Assembly: GCF_018977255.1 (NCBI RefSeq)
Contig: NW_024704763.1
Coordinates: 2,976,001-3,040,000 of the forward strand
Direction: 5' to 3'
Source of the DNA: Callorhinchus milii
Lineage: Eukaryota
Length of the DNA stretch: 64,000 nt
Positions 19,840 to 31,040 of the stretch are shown in pieces (the first letter of the stretch is position 1; each line of letters begins with the position of its first letter). Under the pieces are notes generated by a model. It worked only from the letters and a program-made list of their open reading frames with translations, was not told where the DNA came from and ran no database searches. Position numbers and translations under genes: made by a program.

Positions 19840-20441
19840 GGCGCGCGCTTGTCTGGCGAGCGCATCTGTGAACCAGTCGCGCTCTTGTCTCGCCGATCGC
19901 TTGACGCGGGCGGAGCGGGAGGGCGGAGCGGGCGGAGCGGGCGGGCGGGCGGAGCGGGCGGGCGGGAGGCCCCATCGCCGCGCGGAAGAACATCCCAAAC
20001 CGAACGCGGAGGGCGCGCGAGTCTGTTTGGCGGTAAGCGCTCCGAGGCGCTGCCCCGCGTGAGGGGCGCTGTGTAAGTGCACGTTGTTGTCGGTGTTGAT
20101 AAGTGGGGGGGGGGGGGAGGGCGGGAGAGGAGGGGAGGCGAGGCGGGGGTGGGGGCGGGGGGGGGTTGGGGGAGGAGTGGGGGAGGGGGTGTTGGGGGAA
20201 GGAGTGGGAAGGGGGGATGGTGGGGGGGGGGGTGGGGGGGTAAGTAGGTGAGGAGAGAGAGACCACAGGGGAGTCTCTCCAGCGCCCCCCTGTGGCCCTA
20301 TGGGGAGGAGCGCGCGGACCGTATCGACCAGGCGGTTGTTTCCCTGTCGGAAGGGTTTCGGTGTGAGGCCGGAAGTTGGGCCGCGGGGGGTGAGGGGGAG
20401 GGGTGAGGGGGGGACACACAGCGGCGGAACCCAAATCCAAA
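19840..20441 (+). promoter_or_regulatory. AP3S2 CpG-island promoter
   Basis: Tandem GGGCGG (Sp/KLF) array 19907-19968; ETS/GABP-type CCGGAAGT at 20369-20376; G-rich tract 20104-20240. Confidence 0.7.
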
Positions 20442-23400
20442 ATGATTAAAGCGATTCTCGTCTTCAACAATCACGGAAAGCCGCGGCTCGGCCGCTTCTA
20501 CCACTACTTCGTGAGTCACAAAGGGCACAGTCACAGTCACAGTCACCCCCCGCGAGAGGGAGAGGGAGGGCCCCCCCACACCACACACACACATACACAC
20601 CCACATACACACACCCCACACACCCCCTCCCCCCCCACACACACACACACCCCTCCCCCCCACACACTCCTCCCCCCCCCCCCCCCCACACACACATACC
20701 CCCTCCCCCCCACCCCTCCCCCCCCACACCCCCCCCCCCACACACACCCCACCCCCCCTCACACACACACCCCTCCCCCCCCACACCCCCCCACCCCCCC
20801 TCACACACACACACACCCCTCCCCCCCCACACACCCCCCCCCCACACCCCTCCACACACACCCCCATACCCCCCCCCCCCACACCCCCTCCCCCCCACAC
20901 ACCCCCCCCCCCCCTCACACACACACCCCTCCCCCCCCACACCCCCCCCACCCCCCCCTCACACACACACACCCCCCCCCCCACACACCCTCCCCCCCAC
21001 ACCCCTCCACACACCCCCCCACCACACACACACCCCAACCCCCCCCCCCCACACACACCCCCCCCCCCCCTCCCCCTCACACACACACACCTCCCCCCCA
21101 CACCTCCCCCCACACCTACCCCCCCCACCCCCCCTCACACACACACCTCCCCCCACACCAGCTCCAGCTGTGCAGTGACCCCCACCCCTCCCCCCCCCCC
21201 CCAGCTCCAGCTGTTCTTATGTTGCAGTCAGAGAGATTGCAAACCTATTCATATAAGTTCTGTCAATCAATCTCTTTGCCCCACACCCCCCCCCCCCCCC
21301 CCCCCCCGCGAGCAGAGGATGGAGCGAGTGTACACCGGGCGGCTCGATGTTTGTTGGTCCACCTTTGCCCCATATCCCTTGAAACCTTAATCGGTGGCGA
21401 ACTCCCGCTATTGTGACGTGCATTTAAATACTATATGAGACGCTCAATAAAACCGTGTAAACGTAAGCCATAAACATAAACCGCTGTGCGCCATTGGCAG
21501 CCCCGTTTCACCCACAACAACAACAAGGTTCCATTTATAGAGCGCCTTTCACGTCGGGAGGAGGTCCCGAGGCGCTGGACAGTTGGGTCGGGACCCGAGC
21601 ATTGGGGGGAAATGGTCAGGGTGAGGGGAGGGAAGAGAGGGAGCGAGGAGGGGGGAAATGGTCAGGGTGAGGGGGAGGGAGGGAGCGAGGAGGGGGTAGA
21701 GAGTCGAGAGGGGAGCTGAAGGCTGAAGGTCAAAGAGAAAGGTTTTGAGACCGGCCTTGAAGGGGAAAGGGAGGAAGCGGCGAAGGCACTGGGGATGGAG
21801 TTCCAGAGCCTCGGGGCTGAGAGGCTGAAGGCCACCGATGGTAGGGCGGTTGGGGCGGGGGATGTGGAGCAGACCGGAGCCAGAGGAACGGAGGGGACGG
21901 GGGGGTAGGTAGGGGGATAGTAGGTCAGAGAGGTAGGAGGGAGCGAGGCCGTGAATGGCCTTGTAGGTGAGGGTGAGGATCTTGAAATCGATCACTTCAC
22001 AATATATTCTGTGATGCTCTTTCAGACACGATGAGGCATTACCTCAAATGCTTGGATTATTGTTATTTCTATTAATATTTATTTGTAAGCGTTCTCATTT
22101 CGCCCACAAATATACGGACAATCCACTTTGCAGCGTGTTCTGTGAAGAGCTTTGAGACGTCGAGAAGACGTGAAAAGCGCTGTGTCAAACGCAAGGATTA
22201 TTATTGTTGTTATTTTCCAGCTCCGTTCCTTTCCTGAATAACTGCGTTAAGTCTCCCCAGGCCACCCACCTAACCTGGATTTGAAGTTGAAGTGGCAGCT
22301 ATCGCCAGATTTTATGTACGTTCCTCAGGGAGCTCCAGCTGCTAATCTGTGACCTTCCCTTTGCATCCTCAGTCTGAAGATATGCAGCAGCAGATCATTC
22401 GGGAGACCTTTCACCTGGTGTCCAGGCGCGATGATAATGTTTGCAACTTTTTGGAAGGCGGCAGGTGAGTGGTAAAATACGCGACGAAGACAATATGCAA
22501 AATGAGGGTCAGAGTATCATTCAAAGATAGACATTTTCAGCACAGAAGGAAGCCCTCCAACGCGTTGCTTGTGCCTACTGTTTTTGGTCACCCGATATCC
22601 CACAGATAACATGATCGTGTGAGCCTCCTATAGTTGTATATAGTGTCACACAAACACACATGCACGCCCTTCCCGATAAACACTGCAAAATGTTGACTAA
22701 AAATGGCCTTTGGCATCGGGAGTGTTTCCCAAGTCATGCAATTTCATTCACAAAAACAAAATCGTTATCAAAATGTAGCCATCCGATTGGTAAATAACAC
22801 ATTTTCAGCCTCGAGATGGTGTTAAATGTCACCTAAACCCTGACCGTGACAGCTTCCATTTGTTTGCAGTCTGATCGGCGGCTCGGACTACAAGCTGATT
22901 TACCGGCACTACGCTACCTTGTACTTCGTGTTCTGTGTCGACTCGTCTGAGAGTGAATTGGGCATCTTGGACCTCATACAGGTTTGTGAGATTATCCCAT
23001 CGCTTCATCACGTGTCCAAGGAGAGAGGTGCTGCACCGTTGACTCAGTGGCTATCTTAGAGGTTTAGAACCCATCAAACTCCTGGTAGAAGCAGGCGGTT
23101 TTATTTCAGAATTTCTCTGTGTCCATATTAAAATTAGGATTTCATGAATCTGGGAAAGTGACAAAGAAAAATGATTCGACACGCACTCGAAGAACAAAGC
23201 TTTAAAACCATGTGGGAGGGCGGAAGAGAGAAAGAGTGAGGAAAAAAAGAAATGGGATTAGTTTCAGTGGAAGTGCTCGCTCGGAACAGGCAAGAATGCA
23301 GCAAAATAATATATTTTTTAAAAGAATAAGAATTAAAAGAAATAAACAAGATTATTGATTTGCTCAATTTTTCTCTGAATTAGCAAAGATGCTTTTAGCA

Positions 23401-26400
23401 TCTAAAGTGCCTTCTTATCTCCGTTGGAGGCTCATCTCTCAGCTAATCATTAGACAAATGGCTGCTCTTCTCACATATCAGCACCCAACTGTTTACCTAC
23501 CAACTTTATGCAAACATATTTCAGCTCAGCCTTTTATTTTGTCTGTTCCTCGCTAGCAACTGACGTAAGAAGAGAGTGTTTCATTCACATCCATCACTTC
23601 TTGTGGTGATTAAAATGGTAACTCAGCCCCACCTATTTGGTTGTTGGCACTGCTGAACTGGGTCATTTGACATATGGTGTGATATTATCTGATTAATTTG
23701 CAAAACGACCTGAAAGTAGAGTCCCAACCCCAGATTGATCTGCAGATTACAGAAATACGTGCTAAAGCTGTCTTTGTTGGAAAGTTTTGAGCTGTGCTGT
23801 GGTGGTCAGGGAGACTAAAAGAAAACTTAACAAGTGGGAGAAAGGAATGACAAAACCAGGAAACTTTTAACTGAAAGTAAATTCAATAAATGGGGTTGTA
23901 ATTCATGTTAACACCATTATTTTTGTTGTCAAGTGAAACACCACTATTGCTTTCAAACCCTCCTTATTGGACTAATAACAATAATCAATAGAAAACACTG
24001 CAAAATGTTTTCTTTGTTCTTGGTTAACCGTAAATGGTGTGAATAATGGTTTTAATTGTTTGGGAATTAGGCCCTTTTGAATGTAACTCAATGCAGAATA
24101 ATTAACTTTGTACCTAAAGTGTTGACGGAGGCTGCCTGCCTCTCTCTGCTTATCATCCCTGTTATATCTGTCTGTTCAGCATCAATGTCCGATACCAATA
24201 AAACAAACTGATGTAACTTTGGTGAGGGGTTATTATATTACATATGTTAAAGATTCCAAAGTTCAATTCAACCTGCAAAGATTTAACTTGGGGATCTTTA
24301 ACACATATAATATAATACATGCATACATTGTAATAGTTTATTTATCATTTATTTATCTATCATTGCATCATATCAGGATAGAAATGTGGCGACTATGTTT
24401 GTCAATCATTATCCTGTGTGGACAGTGGCAAAAGTTGCCGATGTTCCACAAAATACACAGTCAATTCATTTTACAGTATATTTTGTGAAGTGCTTTGAGA
24501 CGTCTCAAAGACATAATAAGGCGTTATATCAAATGCAAGGATTATTATTATAAAATAATAATCCTTGCATTTGATATAGTGCCTTATCACATCATTGAGA
24601 TATCTCAAAGTGCTTCACGTAATAAATTGTAAAGTGGATTGACTATTTGGTGGGTAAAACGCATCAAACAATTGCGCACAGCATTTTTCCCACGGACAGT
24701 CGTGAATTGAGTGACAATTTTTTTTTGAGTGATTATTATCCCCAGAAAGCAATCTGCCAATCGGCTGACAACCGTGTTCCTGCTTACTGCGAGGTAAACA
24801 GAGGTCTGTAGAGTAAGGAAACTCGCCTAAGGTTTCTTCCCACCCAGGAATCGAACCTGGGTTGTCTCGCTTGCTAACCACTACCCAACAGGACATGGTG
24901 GAAGCCTCCATTACTCTACCTGACTGTCCTCTCTTCACTTTACAAACATTGGAAGATAAAAGCTGAAGTGGTGTAGCAATTACTTTGTGCTCAGATGGAT
25001 TACATCACCGTTTACTCCACTTAGTTCAGATTAACGGTTCGTTATTTCTTTCTGCCCCTTGTTACGTTTGTTGGTTCAGACTCATGGTCCCACTTCCCAT
25101 TGTCCACCCTCCCCGACCAGCAATGTTTGCCAAACTCTCTGTTAATGGAAGTCCTTGAACCACAGAGAACACAGTGCGTTTCCCTGTGTGTTGAGCTGCG
25201 ATTGTGTTCCATCCTATGGCTGCAGATTTATTATTCCACAAGTCTGACGGATGTATTTTGTCCTGCAACATATTTGATAGCTGTAGAGTCTGGTCACATA
25301 CCCCCACACATAACAGGCTGAACGGGTGGGTAGTGATGCTGTCCCTATGATCTGGCTTAGGAAGAACACCTCTGATTGTGTTTTACTCTTCAGGTGTTTG
25401 TGGAAACATTGGACAAGTGTTTTGAGAATGTCTGCGAGCTCGATCTTATATTCCACATGGACAAGGTACGTTCAGCCTAAAGTTGTTAACCAGTTGTGAA
25501 AAATGTTGAACGTTTTTATGAGTATGAGACAGTTATAATTTTATTGTGTGCCTCTTGTTATACACCGTCCTTTTCAGCTGAGGCAATATCCTCCTGATCA
25601 ATTGTCTCTATGTAGAGATCCTGCTGCTTGACATTTGAACTGATATGGGATACTGACCAGGCATTTAAACCATCAAGCCTAATGCTTTATGATTAGGGAG
25701 TGGGAAACTTGGTGGAGAGAAAGCAGATAATTCCTTTTCTCTCTTCCTTCAGTTCTGAAGTAAATTCCTTTTTTTCCCCCTGGAGGCAAAGTTCCACAGA
25801 CAGGCTCCATTGGTTCATTATTTATCTCCCCCATTGGTTCATTGCGCGAGCTTTGACAGTCAGTGTTGACAGCTAATTCTTCAATCAATGGGATGGAAGG
25901 GGCAGGAATAAACCACAACAACTTGCATTTATATAGTGTCCGTCATGCAGGGTAGCAGTCCAGATCATAGTTGAGCCTGGGGTCAGCTCATCTCCTTTCC
26001 AAGCGGTGTCGCAGGTCGCAGGTAGCAGGATCACTGACTTGTTCTTCCCCCTCTGCAATCCAGGATTTTGAGGTAAAGTTTGCTAAAGTGCCAGCCAACC
26101 AGGTCGGGAGCCAAACAAAAAGACAGGCAGATCAGGAATGCAAGCGTAAGAGAATCTATGATAGACTGGTCAGTGAACGTTGCAGTAAAGCCATTCAAGG
26201 GTGTTTCCCACATTCATTGTCAAGACTGAATGCCACAAGTTTATTATGAAGATAAGAAATGCTATTTTGTACTGAGAGATTTTATTATTGCTCATAAACC
26301 TTTACTCTTGAGATTTGATCTCAATTATTATCACTTGACCTTGATATGAATATCAGCCTATCACTGCGGTGCAGTTCAGGGTAAGGTCATGGTGAAGGCT

Positions 26401-29128
26401 GTAACAGATCAACTTGCGTCAACTCTAATAAGACAAGCTTGTTCGGTTCTGTCTTTTATTGCTGTTAGAATCACGGTAAACTGAAGAACCAACAAGATCG
26501 AAAGATAGGTTCAGAAGAGTAAAGTCCTGCAGCCCGTTTGATCTCTTCCTTCCAGAACGCCTACACAATTGTCTTTCCATTTTACAGCATTAACCTGCTT
26601 TTTAATTAAGGTCCAGAGTCCTGGTTTTCCTACCTTTCCTATTAACCCACTTCAGTTGTTAATTATTCCTTATGTCCTTTGGATGAGATATTAAACGGAG
26701 GTCCTGTTTGCCTTCTTATTCAGGCGGATATTAAAGATTCCATGGCACTATTCAAAAAGAGACAGGAGTTTCTCTCTCCTGGTGTCCTGTCCAACAATCC
26801 ACCAAATAATGGAAAATTTGGTCACTCACTCTTTGACTGTTTGTGGGACATTGCTGTGCACAACTGGCTGCTGCATTTCACCCCCAAAATACACAGTCAG
26901 TCCATTTTACACTATATTCTGTGAAGCCCTTTGAGAAGTCTCAACGATGTGATAAGTCTCAACGATGTGATATATTTTGTATATATTAACTATATTTTGT
27001 AAATTTTGTTTATTATTATTATATTTTTTAAAAAATTACTTGCTATTTACGTGTGATAAGTTACTACATACAACATATTAAAGATTGTTTTTATTTTGTT
27101 CTTCACCTCAATCTTCACATGGGACCTGGTACGTTTTAAGAGCTGCTGAAAACTATTTCCTCCTTCAATTTTAAAATAAAAAATGTTTGAAATTATTGAA
27201 AACAGGAAGGCTAAGACTAGGTGGAATTTCAGGCTTCTGGTTTCCCCAAACCTGTTGGATGGTGTTTTCATCTGCTCTTGTCTGCCCAGGTCCATTACAT
27301 CCTGCAGGAGGTGGTGATGGGAGGGATGGTTCTGGAGACAAACATGAATGAGATCGCTCTGCAGGTGGAGACACAGACCAAAGTGGAAAAATCCGAGGTA
27401 AGAAATACTTGGACACAATATTAAAAAATATTAGAAACTCTGGAACCATTTTCCTCTATCCCTCCGCCTTGCCAACTTCTGCTGGCTCAGCATTGTGCTC
27501 CGCCACTGTCGAGCGTTCTAGGACGCTACCCTCCGTGAGGGGCACTATATGCAAGCAAGTTGTTGTTGTTAGGTATCATTAGTAATGTATGTGTGTATTT
27601 GTGTATGCTGGAAGTGGGGTAGGGGAAGGGATGGAGTGCCAGATTGCACGTGTGTTTATGTAAGGGCTGGCTGTATGTATTAGTAAGAAGTACAGTATGT
27701 GTTTGTGTTGGGTGGTTGTCTACATTTTGGATGAACTTCATGGTTTACCTCTGTACATCGTTAGATGTATTTCCTCTCTGCCTCGGTGCTGTAGAGGAGA
27801 GGTGCGGTTTCCAATCTATCATCTCACTCCCTCACGAGCCAATCCTGGAACGACTTTAGCATTTTTGTGCACGTACCTCATCCTTTGCCTTGTACTAATG
27901 TTTACCTTGCAACCATCTGTGCCTTTCTCCTCATTTATATACAGTATTTTTAACTGTTGATGTTACTAAGCCTCTGTTTCATTCCAGATGTGCACTACAG
28001 CCTCTCTTTTTCTCTTTCACTTGTCTATTTCTCTCTTCTCTTTCTGTCTCTCTCTGCCTCATTCTCTCTTGGCTCTCATTTCTGCCTCACAGACATTCTC
28101 TCCTCTTTAGAGTCTCTTCCCCCCCCCAATAAAACCACAGGGTTTTCTGAAACAACCACTGATTGACTCTGCAGTCTCATATTAGTCTTAAAACATGACA
28201 TAAACAGAAATTATGCCATTTTATAGAGGTTCATAAATATAACCATGCTGAAGCTAAACAGTGGAGTCCTGCAGCTCAGTGGTTAGAGTACTCGCCTTGC
28301 AAGCGAGACACCTGGGTTCAATTCCAGGCAAGATGAAACCTTGGGCAAGTTTCCTTACTCCACACGCCTGATAATAATCCCTCCAAAAAACAATAATAAA
28401 TTGGTCATTTCTAATCCACGACTGTTTTTGGGACACTGCTGTGCGCAATTGGCTGCCGCATTTTGCCCACAATTCACTTTACAGTATATTCTGCGAAGCA
28501 CTTTGAGACGTCTAGAAGACGTGAAAAGCGCTATATCAAATGCGAGGATTATTATTATTATTAGTTTCATATTTGCTGTAGGATTGCCAGCCTCTATGAG
28601 GCGTTTTGAGAGAGCAAAGAAAGACCCCAAATAACACAAAGCAAAAAGAGTTGGAAAGACACTGGGAAGAAGTTGAAAAGTGATTGTAAATGCAAAACAC
28701 CCAACAGATTGTGAAATGCTGTTAAGCCAGGGTATGCAAACATAGGAACATAGGAGGAGGCCATTCAGCCCCTCGAGCCTGTTCCGCCATTCTATTAGAT
28801 TGTGGCTGATCTGTACCCCCAGTCCATTTACTCGCCTTTGCTCCAAACTTCACTGTGGCGGCTGCGTAACTCTAAATGAACTGGATGATGGGTTGCTCTC
28901 ATCACCGGGAGGCTACTCTGCGTGAGGGGCACTATAACAATGCAGATTGTTGTTGATTTCTCCGCTCTGTTGCACTAACTTTTGCGTTCACTCTTCCAGG
29001 CTGGTTTCTCGGCTGCTCCCGCCCGAGCGGTCTCCGCTGTGAAGAACATCAATCTGCCGGAAATGCCGCGGAACATCAACATCGGAGACATCAATATCAA
29101 AGTGCCCAACCTGTCCCCTTTTGTGTAA
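20442..29128 (+). CDS. AP3S2: AP-3 complex subunit sigma-2; 6 exons, 193 aa
   Basis: Exons 20442-20510, 22373-22464, 22870-22981, 25394-25465, 27290-27397, 29000-29128 (582 nt, GT-AG). [64 protein letters not shown]. Position between ARPIN and ANPEP favours S2 over S1. Confidence 0.95.
20570..21200. repeat. (CA)n/C-run low-complexity array at the start of AP3S2 intron 1
   Basis: Direct reading: cacacacacccctccccccc units. Confidence 0.9.
21514..21995 (-). mobile_element. L2-clade LINE 3' end (ORF2 C-terminus, 3' UTR, (TTG)n tail)
   Basis: ORF 21549-21995 [31 protein letters not shown] is the typical L2 C-terminal signature; terminal stem-loop and (CAA)n on + strand. Confidence 0.85.
24440..24885. 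mobile_element. Two SINE copies joined tail-to-tail in inverted orientation
   Basis: + copy ends ~24550, - copy begins ~24554; perfect 25-bp inverted repeat across the junction. Confidence 0.88.
28261..28562 (+). mobile_element. Full-length tRNA-Ala-derived SINE (short internal variant)
   Basis: Head gtggagtcctgcagctcagtggttagag (A box), ctcgcc-TTGCAA-gcgag anticodon-like arm, ggttcaattcc (B box), CORE-like ccttgggcaagtttcc, tail gcgctatatcaaatgcgaggatt(att)n. Confidence 0.9.
28741..28850 (-). mobile_element. CR1-type LINE 3' end fragment
   Basis: cataggaacataggaggaggccattcagcccctcgagcctg... is a reverse CR1 terminus; similar at 56383-56600(-), 29678-29960(-), 37270-37570(-), 48060-48205(+). 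Confidence 0.65.
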
Positions 29129-30715
29129 AAAAGACATTTCAGCTGCATGGGATGATACTGAGCTGGAAAGATCCATTGCAAAACCACTGTAAATATTGAG
29201 GAACGACAGGCACGTCACTGAAACAATAGATATGTTGTATTTTCACTAGGAACCCTGAGTCTGTAACGAGTACGTAGATGGAGCCAATCACACAAACAGA
29301 CAATCTACACCAAGCCCTCATTTCTAGTGCCCCTAAACAGCCCCGCACATAATCAGTCACTGCACTAACCACTCACTCTGACTCCAATAAGAAAATCCTT
29401 GCATTTGATTCAGCGCTTTATCACGTCGTTGAGACATCTCAATGCGCTTCACAGGATACACTGTAAAGTGGATTGACTCTGTATTTTGTGGGTGAAACGT
29501 ATAAAGTATTTAAAGTATGAATAGAGCATAACAAGCGACATTCCTTGTGTGGTCCCAATGGATGTCCGTGCCCCGTTGTGCAGACCACAGAGAAAGACTA
29601 GAACAAATGATGCCCATTGACCAGGAACAGTCCGGAGAATCTATTTCCTTCCCTTTTTCTTGTTTTGGACAGACATAGAACATAAGAATTGCTGGATGAA
29701 AGAAGTCCAAGGTCCATCTAGTTCACCTTCCACCGTCCTAGCAGTCGCATGCACATGTCATCTCCCAAACTATATACTGTATCCCAACATACTATTTCTT
29801 AACAACAACAACAAATTACACTTGTACAGTGCCCTTCACCTCGGAAAGATGTCCCAGGGCGCTGGAAAAAAATAAATATATCAAATTTGCTTTTGAAAGG
29901 ATCAACACTTTCTGCTTCCACCATCTCCCAAGGGAGCATGTACATCTACAACTCGCTCAGACAATGAGTATAATTCTCTTTTCCTCTGTAATGAAAAGGG
30001 GGGAACTGCCCGCAGACTGTGTTGGCACTGCTATACGTTGTGGTATGAAGGAAGGAGGCTCTTGCCAGACTGGAAATGGACTGCACTTAAGGGTTACGCA
30101 GCAGTGTGCCTCATGTTTGAAACATTACCAATTAAAGTGCATTTCATTTGAACCATCTGCATTTCCTTTTCAATATTTTGCAATGTTTGGGAACGAGAGT
30201 CTTATATTTTCCTATAAACAGATTCCAAATTCAACAGGCAGGGTAAACTCCGCAAAGGGGAGGAGGAAGGGGAGAAGAGAGACAGAGAGGTCTATACACA
30301 CCAGTGAATCTGGGCAGTTGTCATTTATCTGCACGTCAATTGAAAAGCACTGATTTTTTTTTACCACTTTTCCACATTGAAGTCAGTGACCCTACACTGA
30401 CAGTACTGTGTGGCAGTGATTGACACAGTGAGGGAACTCATAAATAAACATTCCCTCCTGTTGGGATGTGATAATGTGGACTTCTTTTACAGCAAGTGTC
30501 TTTGAAGGAATCCTTTGATTATAGAGCACTCCGTAGTTAATGTGCTCCCAAGCTGAGTGCGGTGTGCAATTAGCTGGCGCATTTCACCCACAAAATATAC
30601 AGTCAATTCACTTTACAGTATATTCTGTGAAATGCTTTGTATTAACAAGTTTTATATTAAACTTGGGGAGGGTTTTTGAGCAGTACTGTGTTGCAATGAT
30701 ACCTATCCTTGTATC

Positions 30716-31040
30716 GTGGAGTCCTGTAGCTCAGTGGTTAGAGCACTCGCTTTGCAAGCGAGAGACCGGAGTTCAATTCCAGGCAGAGGGCGAGACCTTG
30801 GGCCAGTTTCCTTACTCCACACAGAGCCTAATAATAATACCTCCAAAACCAAAAACAATAATAAATTGGTCATTTTCAATCTACGACTTTGTGGGACATT
30901 GCTGTGCGCAATTGGCTGCCGCGTTCGCCCACAAATATAGAATCAGTTCACTTTACAGTGTGTTCTGTGAAGTGCTTTGGGACGTCCTCCCGACGTGAAA
31001 AGCACTATATCAAATGCAAGGATTATTATTAGTATTATTA
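30716..31040 (+). mobile_element. Young full-length tRNA-derived SINE
   Basis: Intact A/B boxes; body nearly identical by eye to 33376-33694(+) and 51336-51580(-). Confidence 0.9.

Noticed and set aside
27795-27859. Second possible alternative AP3S2 exon (ERCGFQSII...)
   Set aside because: That reading needs a disfavoured GAG acceptor just after a TAG and has no adjacent poly(A) signal; much weaker than the 28093 candidate.
20442-29128. U12-type introns in AP3S2 or other genes
   Set aside because: All reconstructed donors look like ordinary U2 GT sites; no RTATCCTT donor seen.
30716-30790. tRNA-Ala(TGC)-like sequences here and at 28261, 33376, 44848, 53716, 54389
   Set aside because: They run directly into SINE bodies and lack a proper acceptor stem; they are SINE heads, not tRNA genes.
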